Below are positions 1-9,909 of a stretch of 38,052 nt of DNA, one piece after another. The notes beneath the pieces are model-generated. The model ran no database searches. It saw only the letters and a program-made list of their open reading frames with translations, and was not told the DNA's origin. Each line of letters begins with the position of its first letter. Position 1 is the first letter of the stretch. Source of the stretch: Bacteroidota bacterium (GTDB taxonomy: Bacteria; Bacteroidota; Bacteroidia; Bacteroidales; GCA-2748055); NCBI GenBank assembly GCA_030637895.1, contig DAOWFP010000066.1:1-38052 (forward strand), written 5' to 3'. The position numbers were made by a program, and so were the translations under genes.

Positions 1-2172
1 AGGTACACCATTTAATTCAGCTGATTGGATATATATGTTTGTGCCGGTAGAATTCTTAGCAATTAATTTGAAGGTATTTCCATTCTGTAAATGGATTGAT
101 ACTTTACTAAATACCGGGCTTGTAATTGTATAAAATGGAATTCCGGGTTTGATGGGAAAAAAGCCCATGGATGAGAATACTACAAATGCGGACATGGAAC
201 CCCCATCTTCATCACCAGGGACACCGAAAATGTTATCCTGAAACCATGTATCCAGAATTTGCCGGGTCCATTTCTGGGTTTTCCAGGGAGAATCGGTATA
301 ATTAAAAAGGTATGGAATATGAAAGGAGACCTGGTTTCCCATGGAAAAATTGCCGATCAAACCAGTTTGATCTGGAAATTTTGCCCAGAAATGATATTTA
401 CTCTGGTCCAATCCCTCCCTGAAAAGTTGGTCAAGGCGGTTTTCAAACAGAATTTTACCCCCCATCAGGTCCTGAAGACCTTCGATGTCATGTTGTACAT
501 ACCATAAATAAGACCATCCATTGTGCTCGTTGTAATAATCTCGCCCCCCGGGGCCACCATCAAATTTGGGATCAATTTCTATCCAGTTTCCAAGCGCATC
601 TTTTGGCATAAAAAATCCTTTTTCAAACCAATACAGGTTTTTATAGTTCTCGGATTTTAGAATGAATCGCCTGTTAATCATATCATTACCCAACTCCATC
701 GCCATTTCACTTAATGCCCAGCTGTCGTAACTATGTGCTAACGTTATAGCTACTGCTGATCGTTTTTGCCCCGGTTTTCCCAGGGCCAGTGTATCCGTTT
801 CCTTCTCCCCGGGATGTAACGCAGGATAATATCCATTCATATTATAGAAATCTTCAAGCAAGCCTTTCGGACCATTCCGGCTGGGAAGCATGGTTGCCAG
901 CTCAGCACTTTTCAATATGCCTTCAAACGCTTTATCAACATCAAAGTTTCTAATCCCTTTGCGATAGGCATCCAGGAACATGATGGATGAATGAAATCCA
1001 AACATACCAGCCCGGTCTCCAAAATGTCTTGGATAATCAGGCATCCAGCCACTTTGCCGGTACATCCTGACATATGAATAAAGCATATCCGATTCTACCG
1101 CTGGATTGAGGAGCATGCGTAAGGGATGAAGCGCAATAAAATTCCCCCAGGAATAGTCATCCACATAAAAAGACCTGCTATCTTCATGAATCTGATTGTC
1201 ATATCCACTGAAATACCTCCCATTCTCAGTGATATTTACCATCCGGACATAACAGCGATATAAAGCTGTATAAAAGCTGCGTTTCTGTCCTTCGGTTCCA
1301 CCTTCTACCTGTATCTGGCTGATAACTTTATCCCAGGCCGATCTCCCATTATTCTTGAGTTCTTCAAAGCTTACCCCATTCAACTCCTGATAGTAATTAC
1401 TTTTCGCCTGGTCCTGGCTGATAAATGAAATAGCATAACGAAATTCAACACATGATGAATCGCTTTCTGAATAGTTGATCCAGACTTTATTTCCTTCACT
1501 TTTATATCCGGGAATCCCGGTAAAAACCCCATATAAATATGCAATCCCATTTTGTTGATGATGCAAATCAGTCACTGATTCTTTGCCATAAATTTCATTT
1601 GGAATAGCCATCTCATATGAGCCATTTGCATAATAATGTGACAACAATAGATTCTTTTTGACATTTTCAGGAAATGAAAATCGGTAAATTCCGGTTCTTT
1701 CTCCTGCAGTAAATTCAAGAAGTATGTCATCATCTGTAAGCAAGGTGGCATAATACCAGGGCCGGGTTATTTCATGGTTATATTCGTAATTCAATCGCTT
1801 GCTAACACTCACATCAGTTACTTCTCCAGTTAACGGTTTGATGGAAAAAATAAGTTGTGGAGTAATGACATTCAATGCGAGACATGGAAAATCGGTGATC
1901 TCAGCATCCAGATGATCTTTCCGGTTTGGGAATACCCTCACCATTTGATTTGGTAAATGAACGACTGGCCTGTTAGGATTTAGAAGAGGCGCCACATTGC
2001 CAATCGTAGGATCAATATAGTTGAGGTCGGGGTTGCATGCAGGGTTTTGATCATATGAATAAATGGAGTGATGTTGAATTTGGGAAAACCCCGGTTTACA
2101 AATAAGTATTGCTGTCAAAAATAAAATGAGATGCAGGGTATTGCTGGTATTACACCTCTGAGTATTTTTCAT
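1..2172 (-). CDS. GH92 family glycoside hydrolase (alpha-mannosidase-like), 3' end runs off the window
   Basis: Absent from the ORF track, presumably because it has no stop in the window. Hand translation from ATG at 2172 gives MKNTQ...NYIDPTIGNVAPLLNPNRPVVHLPNQMVRVFP. Spot-checked in-frame motifs RDYYNEHNGWSYLWYVQHD, GVPGDEDGGSMSAFVVFS and NIYIQSAELNG are collinear with the GH92 at 7409-9661. Confidence 0.92.
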   Translation of the reverse strand, partial: MKNTQRCNTSNTLHLILFLTAILICKPGFSQIQHHSIYSYDQNPACNPDLNYIDPTIGNVAPLLNPNRPVVHLPNQMVRVFPNRKDHLDAEITDFPCLALNVITPQLIFSIKPLTGEVTDVSVSKRLNYEYNHEITRPWYYATLLTDDDILLEFTAGERTGIYRFSFPENVKKNLLLSHYYANGSYEMAIPNEIYGKESVTDLHHQQNGIAYLYGVFTGIPGYKSEGNKVWINYSESDSSCVEFRYAISFISQDQAKSNYYQELNGVSFEELKNNGRSAWDKVISQIQVEGGTEGQKRSFYTALYRCYVRMVNITENGRYFSGYDNQIHEDSRSFYVDDYSWGNFIALHPLRMLLNPAVESDMLYSYVRMYRQSGWMPDYPRHFGDRAGMFGFHSSIMFLDAYRKGIRNFDVDKAFEGILKSAELATMLPSRNGPKGLLEDFYNMNGYYPALHPGEKETDTLALGKPGQKRSAVAITLAHSYDSWALSEMAMELGNDMINRRFILKSENYKNLYWFEKGFFMPKDALGNWIEIDPKFDGGPGGRDYYNEHNGWSYLWYVQHDIEGLQDLMGGKILFENRLDQLFREGLDQSKYHFWAKFPDQTGLIGNFSMGNQVSFHIPYLFNYTDSPWKTQKWTRQILDTWFQDNIFGVPGDEDGGSMSAFVVFSSMGFFPIKPGIPFYTITSPVFSKVSIHLQNGNTFKLIAKNSTGTNIYIQSAELNGVP

Positions 2173-2221
2173 AGCATTTTGAATTTTTTGAATCCTGCAG
2201 GGTTCAAATTTCCAGTCTTAC

Positions 2222-4159
2222 CTAGTCGATCACCTTGTAATGTTTCATAAGCTTCACATAGTCTTTCCGCTTGTCCAATTCAGCTTTTGATACATCTTTG
2301 CCTTTTAAGCTCTTATTCTCAGCTTCAATTCTGTATACTTTGTTTTGCAAAGCCCTGTAGTATCCATCGGCGGTGGCCTTATTGGTAAAATGGGCATTGG
2401 TGTATGGATTGTTGGCTATACCAGCGTCCAGAGTTGCAATCCAGTCCGCAGGGATAGTGGAAGTCCCGGTCAATGCTCCACAAAGGGCTGCAGCACTGGC
2501 TGCAGTACAATCCGTATCATATCCCCTGTTGGTTGCTATAAGAACACTCTGTTTTACATTGCCTTTTGTTGCCTTAAACAGGGCAAATGCAAAGCCTACA
2601 TTTTCATAAATACTTGAGTTCGGATATTTCTCTATTCTTGCGAATGCGTTGTACTTACTATCCGGATCCATGTATACATCTGTTAATTCCTGCCACATAT
2701 CCCTGTTCATCGGATCATCATACTTCTCTGTGATGCTCATCACATACCTGAGTTCTTCCTCAATTTCAGGCGAAGCATATTCAAGGGCTCCCTCAATGAC
2801 CGATTCGACTGTTGCATCGGGAAGCATTGCCAAAGCCATTGCTGCATTATAAACAGCACCCCAGGCAAATGCATCGTCATTGGGATCTTCATAGTAGAAT
2901 TTCCCCATTTCATTCATATCAGCAATTGCATTGTCAGGATCGCCGGCATTAATTGCGGGCAATGCCTGAAAGGTGCGGGCTGTTAAATGAATATGCTCAC
3001 CCAGGTCTCTTGGAGAACCGAATTTCGTGATTGGAAAATCTTCTGGCTCTACTCCCCACTGTACAAAAGCCAATAATACCCGGTCATAATTCTGGGTCAT
3101 GTGGTACATATCTTCAATTTCAGCATCACGCAACCAAACCTTCATTAAATCCTGGTAATCTATGCGATCCTGTTTTTCCATGATAGCAGTCGAAATCAGT
3201 TTATGCCTCTCGCCACCGTCTTCAGTCGCGCCGGCCGGATGCGTCCAGGCACCAGAGTAGTGTTTGTATGGAATAAATTTGTCCTGAAAGCCAAACATTT
3301 CCTGAATCCGGTCCTGAGAACAATTGTATTCAGTAATTGCTCCCATGGCACATCCCGCTCTGAATCCCAGCAGCGTGCCATAAATTCTGTCGTAGACAAC
3401 ACTACGAATCGGCTCTCCATCGTCATTTTGTATGGTATAATAATGTGATTCAACGGTGGCAATATTTGCGTTTTCAGCAGATACCAGTCGAATGACAACT
3501 GTTTCATCATCTTCAGGAACAAGATCATCTTTCACCTGGAATCTAATGAAGCCTTCATCATTACCTGCCGGAATGATAAGTTTCTTAGATTCGAACAGGA
3601 AATCTTCACCTTCTTCCGCCAGTACACCCTGAACAGTATATCTTAAGTCTATGGCCTCAGGGAAGGTATTCGATAGCATAACCTTCACTTCGACTGATTC
3701 ATTCGATTCAACATTAATGGAAGAAGGCATCTCAAATTCAACATCAGGGAAAGCGGCATCAAGAATCTGAATGGAGGCCTGGCTATATTGTTCATCAATT
3801 ACATAGTCTTCGCTTTCAAGGATTCGTATTCTGGCCTCTTCAGTTCCTTCCAATAATCCATCATCAATCGGCCTGATATGGATCTCATTGTATTTATCTA
3901 CTTTCTGAATATTTCCCAGTCCAAGTGACCGGTAATCAAGGCCTTCTCCAGCGCTTCCCTCGCACTTTAATTTCACCTTCAGGCCGGGGACTGGCTCCCC
4001 TAACTGATATACCCTGAATGTACCCACATTTTGTCCCTCCTTACAGTGGCCATCCCATACAACAATTGCAACCTTTGGTTTTTGTCCAAATAGAACCGAT
4101 CCTGGAATAACCAGCCAGCAGGCCATTGCTGTGATCAGAAGTTTTAAGATGTGTCTCAT
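2222..4159 (-). CDS. Secreted ADP-ribosylglycohydrolase-family protein with N-terminal Calx-beta-like domains
   Basis: Signal peptide, two Calx-beta-like repeats (IRPIDDGLLEGTEEARI; VKDDLVPEDDETVVIRL...HYYTIQNDD), and a C-terminal ARH-like domain (DRIYGTLLG..AGCAMG, TEDG, GYDTDCTAA...LCGALTG..IP..W). Confidence 0.8.
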   Translation of the reverse strand: MRHILKLLITAMACWLVIPGSVLFGQKPKVAIVVWDGHCKEGQNVGTFRVYQLGEPVPGLKVKLKCEGSAGEGLDYRSLGLGNIQKVDKYNEIHIRPIDDGLLEGTEEARIRILESEDYVIDEQYSQASIQILDAAFPDVEFEMPSSINVESNESVEVKVMLSNTFPEAIDLRYTVQGVLAEEGEDFLFESKKLIIPAGNDEGFIRFQVKDDLVPEDDETVVIRLVSAENANIATVESHYYTIQNDDGEPIRSVVYDRIYGTLLGFRAGCAMGAITEYNCSQDRIQEMFGFQDKFIPYKHYSGAWTHPAGATEDGGERHKLISTAIMEKQDRIDYQDLMKVWLRDAEIEDMYHMTQNYDRVLLAFVQWGVEPEDFPITKFGSPRDLGEHIHLTARTFQALPAINAGDPDNAIADMNEMGKFYYEDPNDDAFAWGAVYNAAMALAMLPDATVESVIEGALEYASPEIEEELRYVMSITEKYDDPMNRDMWQELTDVYMDPDSKYNAFARIEKYPNSSIYENVGFAFALFKATKGNVKQSVLIATNRGYDTDCTAASAAALCGALTGTSTIPADWIATLDAGIANNPYTNAHFTNKATADGYYRALQNKVYRIEAENKSLKGKDVSKAELDKRKDYVKLMKHYKVID

Positions 4160-4213
4160 GACAAAAAAATTTATTGATTTATATCACTAATTAAAGTGAA
4201 ACGGGTATTCATT

Positions 4214-5785
4214 CTATTTGATATTAAAAATCTGATATGCTGTAAATTCATTGTTGAACATATCGGTAGTACTTATTTTTATCATATGCGATCCTTCCTG
4301 TAAATCAAAAGGCATTTTTGCTGTCCAGATATGTGAGCACTCCTGGGCTTTGACCCATTCATCGATATCTTTATAGGCATTGAAAAATTCAACAACAAGC
4401 GGATCGGTCATGATCTGGTGATTCATCCTTACAGGAGGGCGGTCGTCCAGTTGATATGTCACTTCGTCATCAGGATTTCCGGCAAACACATTCACAATGA
4501 TCTGTTCACTTTCAAGACTATCCAATGATATTTCGCCCCTGGGTGCACTGATCCTCATTTGAAAATCGGGATGATGATTGGCGGGATGAAATTTAAAGCT
4601 GTAGGTATTGTCCTTGAAATTAAAAACAAAAAAACCATTGGGAGTGCCGTCCTGTGCCACGGCTAATGGAATACCGCGCTCATCCTTCACCTTCGACCAC
4701 CATGAACCACAGGCTGCACCAACTACGAGATAGTGAAATTGTACCGGCTGGGTCCAGTGCTTTTCCTTATCGTAATTCATGTTTACAATCTTATGCTGGT
4801 GCCCGGCAAGAGCCAGCAAATGTTTTCTGTTTTTCAATGTATCGAAGACCTTATCTATGGTTTCCTTTTTCATGGGGCCTTCAAGGATCGGGATATGTGT
4901 TATGATCACAAGCAAATAATCATCAGGGACAAATTTCAGGTCATTTGCCATCCATATTAATTGTTTGTCATCAAAACCACCGGAATATCTGCCATTTTTG
5001 TCTTCCTTTTTGTTCCATCCCTTATATTGTATGGAATTCAGGACCATGAAATGCACCTTCCCCTTATTAAAAGAATAATAGTCCGGGCCGAATACCCTTC
5101 GGAATGTTTCTGCTTTGAAGCTGTCGCTTTCGGCTTTTAAATTCATGTCGTGATTCCCGATCACATTGTAAGCCGGTATTTCAAGATGCCTGACTCCATC
5201 GTTAAGTTTGCCATAAAGGCTTAAATCGTCCTCAACCAGGTCGCCCAGAGCCATATAGAAATCTGCATCGTAATCAAACATTTCGGAAACCACATCGTTC
5301 AGGTAGTAATTAACCTGCTCGGCTGTATAGGGTTGCGGATCGCCAGTTATAATTACATTGAACTGATTCTTCTGTTCCGATGCTATCAGTGCAAAATTCA
5401 CGCTCTCAGGCAGGGCCCCAGTAACAGGTATCCCCTCATAATCGAGCCCTTCTGGCGAACCCCCGGGTTGATGGATGTAGTAGAATTGGGGCAAATTATT
5501 TTCATCGAGAGGAACATCATAAGCACTTGGTTTTGAAACGAATATTAAGGTCCTGTCACTTACCGGCAGTGAATATCTGCCTTTGGAATCGGTTTTAACT
5601 GCTTCACGCTGATTTGAAACGATCACATCCGCAATCCCCGGTTCATTCTCATCCAATATCCCATTGGCGTTTACATCATGAAACACGATGCCGCTTACAA
5701 GATCATTGTCCTGTGCAAAACTACTTATCTGAATCAATGACAGGGTAAGAATTATCGCCGGTAAAACTGTGAATCTGCTTCTCAT
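4214..5785 (-). CDS. Secreted calcineurin-like metallophosphoesterase (MetallophosN/C architecture)
   Basis: Signal peptide; GIVFHDVNANG N-terminal module; metallophosphoesterase motifs GDPQ, LGDL, GNHD, GHQH; C-terminal GAACGSWW...DGTPNG. Confidence 0.88.
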   Translation of the reverse strand: MRSRFTVLPAIILTLSLIQISSFAQDNDLVSGIVFHDVNANGILDENEPGIADVIVSNQREAVKTDSKGRYSLPVSDRTLIFVSKPSAYDVPLDENNLPQFYYIHQPGGSPEGLDYEGIPVTGALPESVNFALIASEQKNQFNVIITGDPQPYTAEQVNYYLNDVVSEMFDYDADFYMALGDLVEDDLSLYGKLNDGVRHLEIPAYNVIGNHDMNLKAESDSFKAETFRRVFGPDYYSFNKGKVHFMVLNSIQYKGWNKKEDKNGRYSGGFDDKQLIWMANDLKFVPDDYLLVIITHIPILEGPMKKETIDKVFDTLKNRKHLLALAGHQHKIVNMNYDKEKHWTQPVQFHYLVVGAACGSWWSKVKDERGIPLAVAQDGTPNGFFVFNFKDNTYSFKFHPANHHPDFQMRISAPRGEISLDSLESEQIIVNVFAGNPDDEVTYQLDDRPPVRMNHQIMTDPLVVEFFNAYKDIDEWVKAQECSHIWTAKMPFDLQEGSHMIKISTTDMFNNEFTAYQIFNIK

Positions 5786-5813
5786 TTTTTCTGATTATGC
5801 TGTTTCAAGTGTC

Positions 5814-7295
5814 TTACCTGGTATTTTCTGAATTTCGTATCTCGTTCAACTTCTCCGATAGCTTAAACGCCATGCCTGGATTGGTCTGGATGAGATTTGT
5901 GGTCTCGCCCGGGTCTTTGCTCAAATCGTACAACTGGGCTTCAAAGTCCTTCAGGTTCTCCAGCCTGTTCTCCGGTAAACCCTCGGGAGGGGTATCATCA
6001 ATAAATTTCCAGTTTCCATCGTGCAATGCGTGCATCCCGTTGACATCGGCAGTTACCATGGAAGTTCTCGGATTGGGATTGCTTTTGTCCAGCAGCGCGG
6101 GCAGGAAACTATAGCTATCCGGAGCCACATTTTTTGATGCAGGAAGCGTTCCCTCGGTGATATCGCACACAGTGGCAAATATGTCCAGGAGATTTATCAT
6201 ATCATCTGAGACTGATCCCTCCTTCACCACCCCAGGCCAGGATACAATTAAGGGAACATTGCACCCTCCCTGGTAAATGGTATGTTTATCACCCCGAAGC
6301 TCACCGTTAATTTTCAGGCCATATTTCTGGGCCAGTCGTTCAGGAGCCTCGGGCCTGTGAGGCCCGGGAATATCACCCCCATTGTCGCTGGTAAAGATGA
6401 TCACTGTATTCTCCAGCAGATTCATATACTCCAGGGTTTCAATGATCCTGCCCACACTCATATCCAGATCCTGGATGAAATCGCCGTATGGGCCACAATC
6501 GCTCATTCCGCGCATCTGGGCCGAGGGAGTACTTGGATGGTGAACAGCTACGGGAGCAAAATAGAGGAAAAAAGGATCCTCACTGCTTTGCTCTTTGATC
6601 CAGTTTACAGATTTCTCTGTCAGCAACTCCATCACCTCCTCATTAATTCTCTGGGGTGCATCATAGCCAATGTAGCGATCTCCGTAATAGGACCGGGAAT
6701 AGGGCTGTATGCGATCACTCCTGATGCCGTAAATTTGATCGTTTTCAATATATACCCCCAATTTGTCATCATGATTCTGCGGTACTCCAAAATGATAATC
6801 AAAACCTAAATCCAGGGGCCCTGGAGATAGTTTCCCGGTATATGCCATGGGATCCTTATTGAGCCCGTGACCGTAGCCTAAATGCCATTTCCCAACAGCT
6901 GCGGTATGATAGCCTCTCTCCTTTAACCAATCAGCCACCGTGGTTCTTTCCGGATCCGGAAGCAGGTCACCCAGCGGGTGAGTTACCCCATATTTCAGGG
7001 GGGACCTCCAGGAGTATCGCCCGGTAAGAAATCCATAGCGGGTCGGGGTACAAATGGAGGCGGGTGTACTGGCATTGGTGAACCGCATACCACGGTCGGC
7101 TATGCGGTTTATGTGCGGGGTCCGAACCAGTTCCGGATCTGCACCGTAGGAATTTAAACTGCCATATCCAAAATCATCCGCCAGGATGAATATGATATTA
7201 GGCCTTTGTGGATTTTCCTGAGCCATGGCTGAGAATGCCATTCCGAATATGGCAATAAATACAATTATTCTTCCAATTGATTTTCCTTGTATCAT
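5814..7295 (-). CDS. Sulfatase (S1 formylglycine-dependent, Cys-type)
   Basis: RPNIIFILADD, CTPTRYGFLTG (CxPxR), GKWHLG, FTSDNG, LYDLSKDPGE. Start moved from 7430 to ATG 7295 (MIQGKS...), which removes the overlap with GH92 and gives a signal peptide. Confidence 0.93.
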   Translation of the reverse strand: MIQGKSIGRIIVFIAIFGMAFSAMAQENPQRPNIIFILADDFGYGSLNSYGADPELVRTPHINRIADRGMRFTNASTPASICTPTRYGFLTGRYSWRSPLKYGVTHPLGDLLPDPERTTVADWLKERGYHTAAVGKWHLGYGHGLNKDPMAYTGKLSPGPLDLGFDYHFGVPQNHDDKLGVYIENDQIYGIRSDRIQPYSRSYYGDRYIGYDAPQRINEEVMELLTEKSVNWIKEQSSEDPFFLYFAPVAVHHPSTPSAQMRGMSDCGPYGDFIQDLDMSVGRIIETLEYMNLLENTVIIFTSDNGGDIPGPHRPEAPERLAQKYGLKINGELRGDKHTIYQGGCNVPLIVSWPGVVKEGSVSDDMINLLDIFATVCDITEGTLPASKNVAPDSYSFLPALLDKSNPNPRTSMVTADVNGMHALHDGNWKFIDDTPPEGLPENRLENLKDFEAQLYDLSKDPGETTNLIQTNPGMAFKLSEKLNEIRNSENTR

Positions 7296-7408
7296 AGTCG
7301 CTCTATTTTTTATAAAATATTCCGATAACACAACAATCAAATACCACCTTTTGAAGTAGTGCTTTTCCATTTTTAGAGTAAACGATTTATTTAGAGGCAA
7401 GACGACAC

Positions 7409-9661
7409 TTATTGGACTCCAGCTCCCCACGATTTATTGGCTTTTGGCCCCATTTCAAATAGCAGTTTCCCACCCTTCATCACTTCTTCATGAGTGATCC
7501 ATGGTGCGTCCAGTGTTTCGCCATTTAGCTCAGCAGACTGGATATACTTGTTTTCAGCGGATACATTCCGGGCCTCTAATTCAAAAAGCTGTCCATTACC
7601 CAGGTCGACCGAGACATGCTCAAAGACAGGACTCCCAATGGTATAGACCGGATCCCCCGGTGTCACAGGGTAGAGCCCAATCTGGCTGAAGACAACAAAG
7701 GCTGACATGCCTCCTCCATCTTCATCACCAGGCACTCCCATTAAATCGTTGCGAAACCACTCATCCAGTAATTTCCTAATGGATTTTTGCGTCTTCCAGG
7801 GCTGACCCGCATAGTTGTACAGATAAGGCACATGTAGGGAGGGTTCATTGGCCATGGAGAACTGTCCCACGTTCCCGGTATGATCTGGTAACTGGGCATA
7901 AAAACTATATTTACTTTTCCCCAGGGGTTCTTTGAACATGGCATCCAGTTCCCTGACAAATGCTTCCATACCACCCATTAGCAGGATAAGGTCGGGAATA
8001 TTATGTTGTACATCCCATCGGTAGACCCAGGCGTTATTCTCTCCATAATAGCCCCTGGCTCCCATTCCCCCCGAGTACCTGTAGTCGAAGGGCTCAATGA
8101 AGTTCCCGTTCCAATCCTTTGGGTGAAAAAATTTGGTTTCCCCATTGAACAGCTTCCGGTAATTGAGTGAAGCCTCCATGAAGTGTGCCGCATCCTCATT
8201 CTTCCCCAGTTCCTCTGCTAATTGAGCAAGGCACCACTGGTCGTAGGAAGTCCCCAGAGTGACAGCCACCGGCTGGCGGCGCTCAAAGGAATGCACCTCA
8301 GGGATGGTCTCTTCATCACCTTCGTATAATGCAGGGATGTAGCCCTTTTCATGGTAAAATGCATCAAGTTTTCCGGCAGGCAATCCTGACCAGGGTGCCA
8401 GTGTTTTTTCCATAATAGCTCCCCTGGTAGCGTTGTAAGCTTTTTCCAGGTCGAAATTGCCCAGCCCTTTTCGATGGGCATCGATTACGGAAGCTACTCC
8501 ATGGTTGGAGTTCATGCGCCGGCTGTCTCCTGTTATCTCAGGAAAGGTGGGCCACCAGAAGCGATCCATCTGCTCAGACATCAATACAAAGGAGTGAAGA
8601 ATATCTTCCTCCTGTTCCGGATCAAGAAGAATACGGAGCGGATGATGGGCTCGGTAAGAATCCCAGATCCAGTCATCCGTGTAAAAGGGCCGTCCTTTAT
8701 CCTCATGGACCTTGCCGTCAAAAGCACTGTAATATCGTCCGTTTTCCGAAATGCAAACCGGCCTCTCAAAACAACGGTAAAGGGAGGTGTAGAATACTAT
8801 CTGGTCATCGGTCGAATTTCCTTTGATACGGACTTTACCCAGAGCCTCGTTCCAGATATTGCGTCCGGCAGTTTGAAGTTCGTCTATTGTTTTTCCAAGC
8901 ACTTCACGCTCCATGTTCTGCTTTGCCTGGGCTTCATCAATAAAGGATATGCCGTATTTCATCTGCAGTATCCTGGTTTCCTGGGGGTACCTTAATATCA
9001 GGCAGGCATCCTTTCCTTCAGCCATGATAGCTTCACTGGTCGTTCCGTCTTTCATTGACACAACATTGGCAGGAGCCTTTTCTGGAAGAAAGTAAAGGTA
9101 AACCCGCGTATCGTTCTCAATGACCTGGAATCCGCTGATGGCCTCGCCGTCCCATTTTAATTCTCCCCTTTTTGAGTTCAGGACCAGTTGGACCGGGGCA
9201 TCCTTTTCAAACTCAAGTTTATAAGCAGCAGATTGATGCGACAGCCCGAAATCTACCTGGACTTGGGCCTCATCAAGGTAGACTGAATAGGAATAGGGCG
9301 TGAGTTTTTCCTGGTCGTAACTGTAATCTATAACGGATTTTAGCTGGGTCTCTTCTCCCTGAAAAGGGCTTAGATTAAATGCCGAACTGCCCCTGTGGCT
9401 GGTCACTACCAGGGGTAGACCATGTAGGCTGACTCCGGTATAGTCTCTTCGCTCAGGGTAAACCCGCAGCATGCTGTTGGGAAGGTGTATGGTGGGGAAA
9501 GTAGGGACCAGCAGATGGCTGATGTTTCCCATGTAAGGGTTCACGTAATCAACCGCTTGTTTTTCTCCTCCTTTGTGCAATTCCGGTTGGGATTTACAGC
9601 CCATACAAAGAAGTAGGATCAGGCCTATGCTTGCGCTAAAATAAAATTTATGTTTCTTCAC
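7409..9661 (-). CDS. GH92 family alpha-mannosidase, probable lipoprotein
   Basis: GTG start, lipobox-like LLCMGC; VDYVNPYMGN, WDSYRAHHP, YGENNAWVYRWDVQH, NEPSLH, PGDEDGGGMSA. Confidence 0.93.
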   Translation of the reverse strand: MKKHKFYFSASIGLILLLCMGCKSQPELHKGGEKQAVDYVNPYMGNISHLLVPTFPTIHLPNSMLRVYPERRDYTGVSLHGLPLVVTSHRGSSAFNLSPFQGEETQLKSVIDYSYDQEKLTPYSYSVYLDEAQVQVDFGLSHQSAAYKLEFEKDAPVQLVLNSKRGELKWDGEAISGFQVIENDTRVYLYFLPEKAPANVVSMKDGTTSEAIMAEGKDACLILRYPQETRILQMKYGISFIDEAQAKQNMEREVLGKTIDELQTAGRNIWNEALGKVRIKGNSTDDQIVFYTSLYRCFERPVCISENGRYYSAFDGKVHEDKGRPFYTDDWIWDSYRAHHPLRILLDPEQEEDILHSFVLMSEQMDRFWWPTFPEITGDSRRMNSNHGVASVIDAHRKGLGNFDLEKAYNATRGAIMEKTLAPWSGLPAGKLDAFYHEKGYIPALYEGDEETIPEVHSFERRQPVAVTLGTSYDQWCLAQLAEELGKNEDAAHFMEASLNYRKLFNGETKFFHPKDWNGNFIEPFDYRYSGGMGARGYYGENNAWVYRWDVQHNIPDLILLMGGMEAFVRELDAMFKEPLGKSKYSFYAQLPDHTGNVGQFSMANEPSLHVPYLYNYAGQPWKTQKSIRKLLDEWFRNDLMGVPGDEDGGGMSAFVVFSQIGLYPVTPGDPVYTIGSPVFEHVSVDLGNGQLFELEARNVSAENKYIQSAELNGETLDAPWITHEEVMKGGKLLFEMGPKANKSWGAGVQ

Positions 9662-9741
9662 TTGTTCAATTTATCAGTTTTAAAATACCCTGTTGACTTC
9701 ATCACCAGATACCCGGATTCCTGAAGCTCTATATACAAGGG

Positions 9742-9786
9742 ACAATATATAACGGAGGAAGTAATAAAATATTAATATTTCTTTAA
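9742..9786 (-). promoter_or_regulatory. Promoter with TTAA-N7-TTAA box upstream of the GH92/sulfatase gene run
   Basis: Plus strand AATATA 9744-9749, 22 nt, TTAA 9772, TTAA 9783. The minus strand reads TATATTGT, resembling the Bacteroidota -7 element TAnnTTTG. Confidence 0.7.
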
Positions 9787-9909
9787 TATCCCTTTCATTA
9801 CCCCAATCCTTGTTGGGATTCTTCCCTAAGCTGATCCTCATCCCCGTTCAGTCCTCCATAGGTTGAAATATCAGAGAAGGGCGTTTCTGACAACACTCTA
9901 TGATGGTAC

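Noticed and set aside
2187-2208. Hairpin TTTGAATCC-TGCA-GGGTTCAAA between the ARH fusion and GH92
   Set aside because: On the coding (minus) strand it has a mismatch and is followed by As rather than Us, so it is not a convincing terminator.
7296-7430. Apparent N-terminal extension of the sulfatase overlapping GH92
   Set aside because: The downstream ATG at 7295 gives a normal signal peptide, so the extension is a longest-ORF artefact.
9790-9909. Short inverted repeats downstream of GH78
   Set aside because: Stems are only 6-7 bp with no U-tract and no recognisable riboswitch or RNA motif.
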